A stretch of DNA of 64,000 bases from an uncultured Pseudomonadota bacterium (lineage in GTDB: Bacteria; Pseudomonadota; Alphaproteobacteria; Acetobacterales; Acetobacteraceae). Location: contig CAWIZE010000006.1 of NCBI GenBank assembly GCA_963840545.1, forward strand, positions 315,682 to 379,681, given 5' to 3'. Positions 42,735 to 52,221 of the stretch are shown here, piece by piece (within the stretch, counting starts at the first letter, position 1; every line of letters begins with the position of its first letter). The notes beneath the pieces are model-generated. The model did no database searches. It saw nothing but the letters and a program-made list of their open reading frames with translations, and had not been told where the DNA came from. A program made the translations under genes and the position numbers.

Positions 42735-45121
42735 GCGATTCTGAGGCCGCGAAAAGTCGGAACCTTCACCAGATCCATGACGACGCCAAGCACGATGGCC
42801 GCGGCAAGCGTCCCGAGGACGACCGAGGCCGGCAATGGCGTCATCGCGATTCCTCCGACGGACAATGCCGCGGCGATCAGAACATCGAGCGTGGACGACG
42901 CGGCGAGCCAAAGGCTCGGGCGGGAGCCCCACAGACGCCGGTGCTGACGAATGGCGTAGATGGTTGCCTGGCTCCCAAACACCAGGGCAATAAACGCAAG
43001 CGTTCTGAGTGCGTCGATCCCGAGACCCATCGCGAACTTGCCGACCGCCAGGACCCCGCTGCAGAAGGCCAGCAGGCAGACGGCCATGACGATTCCCGCG
43101 ATCGTCAGACGGCCGATGCGCCACGCATTCGGCGTCGGAGACGGCCGTACGTTGTCCGTCGTCAATGACATGGCCAGGAAATCACCCGCGACCATTATGA
43201 TGACCATCAGCAGCGGGGTGAGAATAGCGTGCCCGGTCATGACGAGACCGACGATCAGGAACAGTACCGTCACTATCTTCTTGATGATGGAGTTCAGCGT
43301 ATAGGTCAGGATCCGCTGGAACGTCACGCGGCCCTCCTTGACCGCGGCGAGGACTCCGCCGAGGCCGGGTTCGGTCAGCACCATGCCGGCCGCCGACTTG
43401 GCGACGTCGGTCGCCGTCGCGACCGCGATTCCCATCTGTGCCTGGCGCAGCGCCGGCGCGTCGTTGGCGCCGTCCCCGCACATCCCCACAATATGGCCGG
43501 CCGCCTGGAATGCCTTGACGAGCTCGTATTTGTCCTCCGGCAGAACGCCGGCGAAGACCGCGAATTGGTCGGGATGAACGCTCACGGGGATCGGCCCCGG
43601 CGGACAGATGGCGCCATCGAGCCCAACCGCCTTCGCCACGATGGCGGCCGTCACCGGCGCATCGCCCGTCACCATGACCGCTCGCACGCCCAGCCCATGC
43701 AATTCGGTGACGAGCGCCGCCGAGTCCGTGCGCGGCGGGTCGCTGAGCGCGATCAGCCCTGCCAGCTTCATCGCATTCGGCGGTCCCGCCGCAACCGCCA
43801 GCACCCTGAAGCCCTTCCCTTCGAGCTCCTTCGCCGCTTCGCTCGTGCCCGGCGACGGCTGAGCAAGGCCGATGACGGCAGCGAAGGCGCCCTTGACGAT
43901 GCGTTGCGGGCTCCCGCTCGAATCGGTTGCGCTCGCCTCGGACATCTTCTTCGCCGGATCGAAGGCCGCAAACTTAATCAGCTTCGGCGCGTCGGGGACG
44001 GCCTTGCTCGCGGCGGCTGCGCGAACGGCGCCATCCACCGGATCCTGTCCGCCATCCGAGCTGGCCAGGCAGGCCAGCGCCAGAACGTGCGCCTCGTCGA
44101 ACCCGGGCGTGGGGCGAACCGTCGTCACGGACAGCGCGTTGCGGGTCAGCGTGCCCGTCTTGTCGGCGCACAGGACATCGATCGATGCGGCTTCATCCAC
44201 CGCGGAGAGCCGCGTGGGAAGGACGCCCCGCTTCGCCAGGGCGCGCGCGCCGAGCGCGGAGGCCAGGGTGAAGGTGGCGGGCAACGCGACCGGTATCGAT
44301 GCGAGCACCGCCGTCAGGACGAGCGGGACGATCTCGGCGAGCGGCATCCCGAGAGACCAGGCATCGGCGATCAAGAGCACGATGACGACGCCATTGAACG
44401 CGGCGAGATTGCGCACGACGCGCAGAACCGCCTTCTGCTGCGAACTTACGACGTGGGCGGTGCGAACGAGCTCGGCGGTGCGGCCGAACTTGGTGCGCGC
44501 TCCGGTCGCGGTGACCTTGGCCTCCGCCTCGCCGCGCCGGACCAACGCCCCTGCGTAGGTCTCAACGCCCGCGCCGGCTTCGATCGGGACCGATTCGCCG
44601 GTCAGCATGGATTGATCGAGCAGCACTTCGCCGGCGATGAGCAGTACATCCGCGGCAACGACGCCACCGAGCGACAGCTTCACCACATCGCCCGGGACCA
44701 ATTCCGCCGCGAGCATGGTCTTCCATCCGCCGTCGCGGCGGACGGATGCATTCAGCGCCAGCCGCGACTTCAGCGCGGCAAGGGTCGCCTGCGCGCGGCT
44801 CTCCTGGGCCAACCCGAGCGCGGCATTGAACACCAGGAGGGCGGCAATGATCGTTGCCTCGACATACTTGCCGAGCACCAGCTCGAGCACGACCGCCGCC
44901 TCCAGCATCCACGGAACCGGCGCCCAGAATTTTGCGATCGCCATGCGCAGGGGATGCAGCGCCGTGTCCGGCATCGCATTCGGGCCAAACCTCTCCAGCC
45001 GACGGCGGGCCTCGTCGCTCGTCAGGCCGCCCTCGGGAACGGTGCCCGCGGCGCTTGCCGCCCCGGCAGGCAGCTTGGCAGGCAAGGCGCTTCCCGGGGT
45101 CAGCCGTGCTGCCATGCTCAC
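42731..45121 (-). CDS. P-type ATPase, P3A (plasma-membrane H+-efflux)-like
   Basis: [44 protein letters not shown] and GMCGDGANDAPALRQAQMGIAV. About 800 aa with no metal-binding N-terminus. Confidence 0.8.
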   Translation of the reverse strand: MSMAARLTPGSALPAKLPAGAASAAGTVPEGGLTSDEARRRLERFGPNAMPDTALHPLRMAIAKFWAPVPWMLEAAVVLELVLGKYVEATIIAALLVFNAALGLAQESRAQATLAALKSRLALNASVRRDGGWKTMLAAELVPGDVVKLSLGGVVAADVLLIAGEVLLDQSMLTGESVPIEAGAGVETYAGALVRRGEAEAKVTATGARTKFGRTAELVRTAHVVSSQQKAVLRVVRNLAAFNGVVIVLLIADAWSLGMPLAEIVPLVLTAVLASIPVALPATFTLASALGARALAKRGVLPTRLSAVDEAASIDVLCADKTGTLTRNALSVTTVRPTPGFDEAHVLALACLASSDGGQDPVDGAVRAAAASKAVPDAPKLIKFAAFDPAKKMSEASATDSSGSPQRIVKGAFAAVIGLAQPSPGTSEAAKELEGKGFRVLAVAAGPPNAMKLAGLIALSDPPRTDSAALVTELHGLGVRAVMVTGDAPVTAAIVAKAVGLDGAICPPGPIPVSVHPDQFAVFAGVLPEDKYELVKAFQAAGHIVGMCGDGANDAPALRQAQMGIAVATATDVAKSAAGMVLTEPGLGGVLAAVKEGRVTFQRILTYTLNSIIKKIVTVLFLIVGLVMTGHAILTPLLMVIIMVAGDFLAMSLTTDNVRPSPTPNAWRIGRLTIAGIVMAVCLLAFCSGVLAVGKFAMGLGIDALRTLAFIALVFGSQATIYAIRQHRRLWGSRPSLWLAASSTLDVLIAAALSVGGIAMTPLPASVVLGTLAAAIVLGVVMDLVKVPTFRGLRIA

Positions 45122-45329
45122 GCTCCCCCACTTGGCGCAGGCACGCGCCCCTCGGCGCGCGGCATGTGATCCCCGTGGGAAACCTCAGCCCCGGTCTGGC
45201 CTCCCGTCCACGCCCGGCATGTGCGGCCGCGGCACGCCAGCCTGAGGGGCCCGATCACTATCGACATGATGAGAGGACGGAACCAGGTGCGTCTCACGTC
45301 CGACCCATGCGACGCCGGGCGAACAGGAT

Positions 45330-45971
45330 TCACCCTGCCGCATGAACGGGACGATCCGCAAGCGCCGCCGCTTTCACGCCTGCATGCACATCGAGGCGGG
45401 AGGGGTTGAGCGTGCCGAGGATTGCCTTGGCGCGCGCTGTCTCCTCGGCCGTGCCGTGCGCCATCACCAGGAAGCTGTCGGATTTCACGGCGGTCTCGTA
45501 CTGGATCACGCTGTCCTTCGGCACGCCGATGCCGTAAAGCGCGGCACCAAGCGCACTCAGCCCGCCGACCACGACCGCGCTCTCGACGGCGGAAATCGCC
45601 ATGGCGGCCAGATATCCGAGTATGACGACATGCCCGATCACAGGAATGGTCAGGAACAGCCCACCAACGAACCAGCCCCAGAGGCCACCCCAGAACGCGC
45701 CGCGGGTGCCCCAGAACTTGATCCGGTCACCAGCATTGTAGAATCCGACGACCTTTTCGTCGGTATGGTATCCCTTGCCGACGACGCTGAGATTCTTCAT
45801 GTCGAATCCGGCCGCGGCCAGATCTTTCACGGCTGTTTCCGCCGCCCGGTGATCCGCAAAGACGGCGACGACTGTGTCAATTGGTTCTATCTGATCCTCC
45901 TTTACGAGACGATGCGGGGCGCGGCGACGGCTTTGCCCCGGGCACGTCAGGTCGGGCACAGGCCGGGACAA
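45330..45971 (-). CDS. general-stress-type membrane protein (Gly-zipper TM, DUF1269-like)
   Basis: VAVFADHRAAETAVKDLAAAGFDMKNLSVVGKGYH followed by glycine-rich TM helices. The exact start is uncertain. Confidence 0.55.
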   Translation of the reverse strand: MSRPVPDLTCPGQSRRRAPHRLVKEDQIEPIDTVVAVFADHRAAETAVKDLAAAGFDMKNLSVVGKGYHTDEKVVGFYNAGDRIKFWGTRGAFWGGLWGWFVGGLFLTIPVIGHVVILGYLAAMAISAVESAVVVGGLSALGAALYGIGVPKDSVIQYETAVKSDSFLVMAHGTAEETARAKAILGTLNPSRLDVHAGVKAAALADRPVHAAG

Positions 45972-46045
45972 AGCCCACGAGCCGACATTGGAGCCGCCGT
46001 GGCGATACTCGGCATTGATCTAGGTCAGACAGGTTCGGAAACTAC

Positions 46046-46446
46046 TCAGCCGAGATAGCCCGGGTGCGCCAGCCGGGCCGACGCCGGTGCGGCGCCCGCG
46101 TCGCGGGCAACAAACGATATGCCAAGCGAAGCGTATTGCACCTCCGTGACGGTGTTGTCGCGGCGCCAGGAAAGCAGCGGCACGATGGCGGCGAGTCCGG
46201 GGCCTGTCGCGATCATCGACATGTACGGATAGGGCGGCGGCGTCAGGATGACGCCGTGCTCCATGCCATCACCGTAGTCCATGTTCACCAGGTTGAAGTG
46301 AACCTGCGCGCCGAGCGGTACCACGAGGGTCGGATTGGTGAGGCCGTGAACCTCGAATGCCTGATCCTCATGGCCGGGTTGGCGGCGGAGACGGCGACCC
46401 TCCCGGCGACCGCCGCGACCTCTCCGATTGCGCCTGCGCTCGACAT
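46046..46446 (-). pseudogene. cupredoxin/sulfocyanin-like remnant (frameshifted, copper ligands not evident)
   Basis: NPTLVVPLGAQVHFNLVNMD....HGVIL resembles a cupredoxin beta-sandwich. A signal-like MSSAGAIGEVAAVAG... lies in another frame upstream. No C-terminal C..PGH..M ligand motif is present. Weak call. Confidence 0.25.
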
Positions 46447-46601
46447 GGCGCCGCCTTTCCGATGCCTGGTGCGACCAGTCGGGAGCTTCGGGCCGCGCGG
46501 CCGCGGTCGCATTGAGCAAGCTCACATATTGAGCAAGCTCACATTGCGCAAGATCAACGGCGGCTGCGACCCGCAACCCGTTGGGTGCGGCCGGGTCTCC
46601 G

Positions 46602-46877
46602 CTATCGCGTCATCCGGCCGATCGCCTCGACCAGCTCATCCACCTTGCGGCGCTGCTCGACGATTCCGCCCGAGGCGAAGGCATCCGCGACGCAGTGGCC
46701 GACATGATCGCGCAGGATCTGCTCTTCCACCTTGTGCAGAGCCGCCCGCACGGCGGCGATCTGGGTCAGCACATCGACGCAGTAGCGGTCCTCCTCGACC
46801 ATACGGAGAAGGCCGCCGACCTGGCCCTCGATCCGCCGCAGCCGGGTGCTGACCGCCTCTCTCGCTCCCTCGTGCAT
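46602..46877 (-). CDS. csoR: CsoR/RcnR-family copper-sensing repressor
   Basis: The 91-aa product has RLRRIEGQVGGLLRMVEEDRYCVDVLTQIAAVRAAL....L.DHVGHC (the C-H-C ligand pattern). Confidence 0.88.
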   Translation of the reverse strand: MHEGAREAVSTRLRRIEGQVGGLLRMVEEDRYCVDVLTQIAAVRAALHKVEEQILRDHVGHCVADAFASGGIVEQRRKVDELVEAIGRMTR

Positions 46878-46901
46878 ATCCGGGGTGTCCTCCTTGATAC
46901 T

Positions 46902-46918
46902 ATACCCGTGTGGGGTAT
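46902..46918. promoter_or_regulatory. CsoR-type operator ATACCC-GTGT-GGGGTAT in the csoR/copA divergent intergenic region
   Basis: A GC-tract pseudo-palindrome of the TACCC-N-GGGTA type, read directly between csoR (start 46877) and copA (start 46980). Confidence 0.6.
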
Positions 46919-46979
46919 ATGAGCCTTCAGGACGACGGCGGCAAGGGCGCGGACCCGGCGGCTTCGGGGACGCGCGCAG

Positions 46980-49388
46980 ATGGAGATGATCATGGACGAG
47001 CAGAACGGCATGCCAGAGCACCATCATCGGGACCATCATCAACACCGTGGCGGGGTCGGTGGAGGTTCGGCGGCGGTGGTCGATCCGGTCTGCGGCATGC
47101 CGGTGGATCCGGAACGCTCGAAGCACCGGTTCGAGCACGAGCGGAAAACCTTCCATTTCTGCTCGGCGGGCTGCCGGGAAAAATTCGCCGCCGACCCGGG
47201 CCGCTACTTGAAGCCGGAGGCGGACGCGAAGGCCGACACGCATCCGCCGGCGCCGCCGGGCACGATCTACACCTGCCCGATGCACCCCGAGGTGCGCCAG
47301 GACCATCCGGGCGCCTGCCCGATCTGCGGCATGGCGCTCGAGCCGCTGGCCCCCGCGGCGGAGGCCGGCGGGAACGCGGAACTCGGCGATATGCGCCGGC
47401 GCTTTTGGGCAGCGCTCGCGCTCGCGGTGCCGGTGGCGGTGCTGGCGATGGGCGGTTACGTGCCGGGATTCGGACCGGCGCTCGCGCGGGCGGTGCCGGG
47501 CGTGGCGTCGGGTTGGATCCAGCTCGTGCTGACGACGCCGATCGTGGCCTGGGCGGGCGCCATCTTCTTCATCCGCGGCTGGCGTTCGGTCGTCAACCGC
47601 AGCCTCAACATGTTCACGCTGATCGCCCTCGGCACCGGCACGGCTTACCTCTACAGCGTTGTCGCGACGCTCGTGCCGGGCCTCTTCCCCGCCGGCTTCC
47701 GCGCCGCTGACGGCACGGTGGACACCTATTTCGAGGCTGCGGCGGTGATCACCGTCCTGGTGCTGCTCGGCCAGGTGCTCGAGCTTCGCGCGCGCGAACA
47801 GACCGGCAGCGCGATCCGTGCGTTGCTCCATCTCGCGCCGAAGGCCACGCGGCGCGTCCACGACGACGGGACGGACGAGGAGATCACGCTCGATCGGGTC
47901 CAGGTGGGCGAGCGGCTCAGGGTTCGCCCGGGCGATGCGGTGCCGGTCGATGGCATCGTGCTGGAAGGCAGCAGCTCGGTCGATGAGTCGATGGTGAGCG
48001 GCGAATCGATGCCGGTCCTCAAGCAGCCGGGCGAGGCGCTGATCGGCGGCACGGTGAACGGCACCGGAGCCTTGGTGATGCGCGCGGAGAGGGTGGGGGC
48101 GGATACGGTGCTCGCCCGCATCGTCGCCATGGTGAGCGAGGCGCAGCGCTCGCGCGCGCCGATCCAGCGCCTGGCCGATCTCGTCGCCGGCTGGTTCGTG
48201 CCGGCGGTCATTGGCGTCGCCGTGCTCGCCTTCGTGCTATGGGCGATTTGGGGGCCTCAGCCGGCGCTCGCCTACGGGCTGCTTGCCGCGGTCTCCGTGC
48301 TCATCATCGCCTGTCCGTGCGCGCTCGGCCTTGCCACGCCGATGTCGATCCAGGTGGGGGTCGGCAGGGGCGCGGCCGTGGGCGTGCTGATCAAGTCCGC
48401 AGAGGCGCTCGAGCGAATGGAGAAGGCCGACACGCTGGTTGCCGACAAGACCGGCACCCTGACCGCGGGCAAGCCGCATGTGACCCGGATCGTGCCTGCG
48501 CCGGGCTTCGCCGAGGAGGAGGTGCTGCGGCTTGCCGCAGGCCTCGAGCGCGCGAGCGAACATCCTCTCGCGGCGGCGATCGTGCGTGCGGCGAGCGAGC
48601 GCGGGGTGGCGCCGGCGGAGGCCGCGGATTTCGAATCGGTGACCGGCCAGGGCGTGCGCGGGCGTGTCGACGGACGCGAGGTCGTGCTCGGCAACGCGAA
48701 ACTGATGCAGGCCGGGGGGGTGGCGATCGGGGCGCTCGGGGCGGTCGCGGATGAACTGCGCGCAAGCGGGGCCACGGCACTCTTCGTTGCGGTGGAGGGC
48801 AAGGCGGCGGGGGTCGTGGCGATCGCCGATCCGATCAAGGAAAGTGCGCGGGGCGCGCTCGAGGCGCTGCGCGCCGAGGGCATGCGCATCGTCATGCTGA
48901 CCGGCGACAACCGGCGGACCGCCGAGGCCGTGGCGCGCCAGCTCGGCATCGACAGCATCGAGGCCGACGTGCTGCCCGAGCAGAAGCATGAGGTGGTGCG
49001 CCGGCTGCGCGCTGAGGGAAGGGTCGTGGCGATGTTGGGCGACGGCGTGAACGACGCGCCGGCGCTCGCCGAGGCGGATATTGGCATCGCGATGGGCACC
49101 GGAACCGACGTCGCGATTGAGAGCGCCGGCGTCACGCTGGTGAAGGGCGACCTCGCCGGCGTCGTGCGGGCGCGGCGGCTGAGCCGGGCGACGATGCGCA
49201 ACATCCGCCAGAACCTCTTCTTCGCGTTCGTCTACAACGCCGTCGGCGTGCCGGTTGCCGCGGGCCTGCTGTACCCGGTCTTCGGCGTCCTGCTGAGCCC
49301 GGTCATCGCGGCGCTCGCGATGTCGCTGAGCTCGGTCTCGGTGGTGACGAACGCGCTGCGTCTGCGGTGGGTCGATCTTGATTCTTAA
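46980..49388 (+). CDS. copA: copper-translocating P1B-type ATPase
   Basis: [17 protein letters not shown] and [10 protein letters not shown]. The N-terminus has a TRASH/YHS-like CGMPVD...FHFCSAGC motif and YTCPMHPEV....CPICGM instead of a classical HMA domain. Confidence 0.92.
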   Translation: MEMIMDEQNGMPEHHHRDHHQHRGGVGGGSAAVVDPVCGMPVDPERSKHRFEHERKTFHFCSAGCREKFAADPGRYLKPEADAKADTHPPAPPGTIYTCPMHPEVRQDHPGACPICGMALEPLAPAAEAGGNAELGDMRRRFWAALALAVPVAVLAMGGYVPGFGPALARAVPGVASGWIQLVLTTPIVAWAGAIFFIRGWRSVVNRSLNMFTLIALGTGTAYLYSVVATLVPGLFPAGFRAADGTVDTYFEAAAVITVLVLLGQVLELRAREQTGSAIRALLHLAPKATRRVHDDGTDEEITLDRVQVGERLRVRPGDAVPVDGIVLEGSSSVDESMVSGESMPVLKQPGEALIGGTVNGTGALVMRAERVGADTVLARIVAMVSEAQRSRAPIQRLADLVAGWFVPAVIGVAVLAFVLWAIWGPQPALAYGLLAAVSVLIIACPCALGLATPMSIQVGVGRGAAVGVLIKSAEALERMEKADTLVADKTGTLTAGKPHVTRIVPAPGFAEEEVLRLAAGLERASEHPLAAAIVRAASERGVAPAEAADFESVTGQGVRGRVDGREVVLGNAKLMQAGGVAIGALGAVADELRASGATALFVAVEGKAAGVVAIADPIKESARGALEALRAEGMRIVMLTGDNRRTAEAVARQLGIDSIEADVLPEQKHEVVRRLRAEGRVVAMLGDGVNDAPALAEADIGIAMGTGTDVAIESAGVTLVKGDLAGVVRARRLSRATMRNIRQNLFFAFVYNAVGVPVAAGLLYPVFGVLLSPVIAALAMSLSSVSVVTNALRLRWVDLDS

Positions 49389-49485
49389 GCATTCTTAGAA
49401 TGCGCGACTGTAATGTTAGGGTTCTCGCGGGAAGATGAACCGCCCCGGGTTCGCCGGAGGCTCCAACTCCTGAGAAGGTGGAGCG

Positions 49486-49815
49486 ATGACAAGCAAGACA
49501 ATGAACAAGTTTTCGCCAGAGGTGCGTGATCGCGCGGTTCGGATGGTGCTGGATCACGAGCGGGAGCACCCGTCGTGTTGGGCAACGATCACCTCGATTG
49601 CCGGCAAGGTCGGCTGCACCGGGCAGACACTGAACGAGTGGCTGAAGAAGGCGGAGCGTGACAGCGGACGGGCGCCCGGGGTGACGACGGAGATGGCCGC
49701 GAGGCTCAAGGCCCTGGAGCGGGAGAACCGGGAACTGCGGCAGGCCAATGAGATCCTGCGCAAGGCGTCGGCGTATTTTGCCCAGGCGGAGCTCGACCGC
49801 CGACAAAAGCCATGA
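49486..49815 (+). CDS. IS3-family transposase OrfA (HTH plus leucine zipper)
   Basis: [15 protein letters not shown]......W..I.SIA.K.G....TL.EW and [32 protein letters not shown]. Confidence 0.9.
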   Translation: MTSKTMNKFSPEVRDRAVRMVLDHEREHPSCWATITSIAGKVGCTGQTLNEWLKKAERDSGRAPGVTTEMAARLKALERENRELRQANEILRKASAYFAQAELDRRQKP

Positions 49816-50717
49816 TTGCGTTCATCGACGATCACCGCGGGGCGTATGGGGTCGAGCCGATCTGCGAAGTGCTGCCGATCGCCCCATCGAGCTATCACGT
49901 CCATGCTGCCAGGCGGGCCGACCCGTCGCGGCTACCGGCACGGGCCAAGCGCGATGCCAGGCTGGAGCCGGAGATCGCGCGCGTGTTCGATGAGAACTTC
50001 CAGGTTTATGGCGTGCGGAAGGTTTGGCGGCAGCTGAAACGCGAAGGCCAGGAAGTCGCCCGCTGCACCGTGGAGCGCCTGATGCAAGCCATGGGTGTGC
50101 ACGGTGCTATCCGCGGCAAGCCGGTGAGAACCACGATCGGCGACAAGGCGGCACCATGCCCGCTGGACCACGTCAACCGCCAGTTCAAGGCCCCGCGGCC
50201 GAATGCGCTCTGGGTCGCGGATTTCACCTATGTCGCGACCTGGGCGGGCTTCGTCTATGTCGCCTTTGTCATCGATACCTATGCCCGACGCATCGTCAGC
50301 TGGCGTGTTTCGCGAACGGCACATGCGAGCTTCGTGCTCGATGCTCTCGAGCAGGCCCTACATGACCGGCGGCCGCGGTGTCAGGGGAGGCTGGTGCACC
50401 ATAGCGACCGGGGTAGCCAATACGTCTCGATCAAATACACCGAGCGTCTCGCCGAAGCCGGTATCGAGCCGTCCGTGGGCAGCGTCGGCGACAGCTACGA
50501 CAACGCCCTCGCCGAGACCATCAACGGCCTCTACAAGGCCGAGGTCATCCATCGGCGTGGGCCATGGCGGTCGTTCGAGGCCGTCGAGTTCGCCACACTG
50601 GAATGGGTGGACTGGTTCAACCACCGCCGGCTGCTGGAGCCCATCGGCAATATCCCGCCGGCAGAAGCCGAACAACGCTACTACGCTATGCTACAAGAGC
50701 CAGCCATGGCAGCGTGA
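49812..50717 (+). CDS. IS3-family transposase OrfB (DDE/rve integrase core)
   Basis: [20 protein letters not shown] and [21 protein letters not shown] overlap with orfA next to an A-rich ACAAAAG stretch, a possible programmed -1 frameshift site. Confidence 0.9.
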   Translation: MIAFIDDHRGAYGVEPICEVLPIAPSSYHVHAARRADPSRLPARAKRDARLEPEIARVFDENFQVYGVRKVWRQLKREGQEVARCTVERLMQAMGVHGAIRGKPVRTTIGDKAAPCPLDHVNRQFKAPRPNALWVADFTYVATWAGFVYVAFVIDTYARRIVSWRVSRTAHASFVLDALEQALHDRRPRCQGRLVHHSDRGSQYVSIKYTERLAEAGIEPSVGSVGDSYDNALAETINGLYKAEVIHRRGPWRSFEAVEFATLEWVDWFNHRRLLEPIGNIPPAEAEQRYYAMLQEPAMAA

Positions 50718-50756
50718 CTCAAACCAAACGGCCTCCGGCAAATCCGGGGCGGTTCA

Positions 50757-50893
50757 AAGACGAGATCGCGATCGTGTTCTGCGGCTCCAAGAAGAGCCTT
50801 GCCAGCGGCGTCCCAATGATGAACGTGCTGTTTCCGGCGCCGATGGTGGGGCTGATGGTGCTGCCCCTGATCTTCTTCCATCAGATCCAGTAG
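50757..50893 (+). pseudogene. 3' remnant of a bile-acid:Na+ symporter-family (YfeH-like) gene, split by the IS and ending at an internal TAG
   Basis: DEIAIVFCGSKKSLASGVPMMNVLF.....LPLIFFHQIQ then TAG then MVCATLVRRYARR (homologues read HQIQLMVCA). The frame is continuous with 49389-49435 once the IS and one TSD copy are removed (1325 nt, 2 mod 3). Confidence 0.6.
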
Positions 50894-51641
50894 ATGGTCT
50901 GCGCCACGCTGGTGCGGCGCTATGCAAGGCGCGGCGATCCGCGCGACGTTCGCTCCGCCGGCGGAGGGGAGGGCCACGGCTCCATTCGGCGCGCGTATCG
51001 GCTGCGGTGGGGTGGAAATGTGAGACCCTGGCCGGCGCACCGCATCTCTCGGAAGGAGACGCCCTGCGTTGCGAGCCGTGCCGGCGCCATCGGCGCCATC
51101 AAGCGCAACGACGGTCATTGCGTCCGGAACGCCGGGACGCTGAATCGCGACCCGGCCATGCTGCGGCGGTCTCCGGGCGATTGGCCGGGGTTTGCTGCCC
51201 GCGTGACGCGCCGGGCGCTGGTCGCGGAGTGGAGCTTGGTTCCGGTCAGGAAATAGTCGCGGGAGACTCCAATGGTTGGGTCCCGTTATACCAAACAGAG
51301 TCCGGGTGGGGCGGCGGAGCGATCGGAGGTCACGATTGTCAGCGTGGCGAATGTGGCTGAATTGCGGACATGGCGGGGTCCTGCCGCCGGCTGGAAATCA
51401 GAGATTGAGGCGGTCACACGGAAATCTCGTGGGGCCACTGCGCGGATCCCGTCGTGACGGCTGTGACGCACGGTTACGATATGCAAAGGGCGCGCGCGCA
51501 AGATAGTCTCATGCGTTTGCTGCATGTGCGAATGCCACCAAGGGAGGATGGCGCATCGTCGGTGGCATACCAAACTCCGCAATCGACGGGCCAGGCAACG
51601 AAGCCGAGAACGGGCCCGCTAACGACCGAAATGGAGTTTGT

Positions 51642-51884
51642 GTGATGAAGACCTTCCTTGGTATCGCGCTCTCAGCGCTCGTGCTCATGGCCCCTGTGAT
51701 CTCCGAGGCCGCGAGCCCGACGCAGTCCGCTGCTTATGGCAATCAGCATCCGTTCGCGCAGCTGGACTATCAGAACGGCATCCACCTGATGCCCGCCTCT
51801 CCGGTGGCGCATCGCGCGATTGCCGCCCCGACGCAGCGGGACAGCACGATGTCGCTGGTGAACCAGACCGGCGGCGAGCGGTGA
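51642..51884 (+). CDS. small secreted hypothetical protein
   Basis: 80 aa. Clear signal peptide MMKTFLGIALSALVLMAPVISEA. Lies in an AT-richer spacer. Confidence 0.45.
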   Translation: MMKTFLGIALSALVLMAPVISEAASPTQSAAYGNQHPFAQLDYQNGIHLMPASPVAHRAIAAPTQRDSTMSLVNQTGGER

Positions 51885-52221
51885 GTGCCAGCTCGGGACA
51901 GACGAATAGCCCGATCTGACAGCGCAGGTGTCTTACCACAAGTGCGGGGCGCGCGGGAAATCGCACGCCTCGCGCTTTTCGCTTTTTTCGATAGCGTGCA
52001 TCTGTGATCGCGCGGAAGCCGGATGCCGAGGCCGGGCGCCATGGGGGCGCTGACCCCGATGCGGAAGATGCGTCCTCGGTATGACGCCATGAGCAGCGTG
52101 CATTGGCGGGCAAGAGTCGGAGCGGCGAGAATGTGGTCAGCAAGCACGCTTGAACCGCGGCGTTTCGGCCCTCCGCCATTCGAAAAACGCGAGGCCGTTC
52201 GCCAGAGGAAAGGAACCGACG

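Larger units (their letters stand above)
49436..50756 (+). mobile_element. IS3-family insertion sequence (1321 bp) with 4-bp target duplication AAGA
   Basis: IRL TGAACCGCCCCGGGTTCGCCGGAGGC versus the reverse complement of IRR, TGAACCGCCCCGGATTTGCCGGAGGC (24 of 26). AAGA at 49432-49435 and at 50757-50760. orfA and orfB inside. Confidence 0.9.

Noticed and set aside
46878-47861. N-terminal extension making the csoR ORF 419 aa
   Set aside because: The extension runs antisense through the copA N-terminus and is Arg-rich. CsoR-family proteins are about 90-100 aa, and Met at 46877 gives exactly that.
49389-49415. GCATTCT-T-AGAATGC inverted repeat and ATTCTTA direct repeat right after copA, considered as a terminator
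   Set aside because: The stem is only 6-7 bp with an essentially absent loop and no U-tract. It also lies within the symporter-remnant reading frame.
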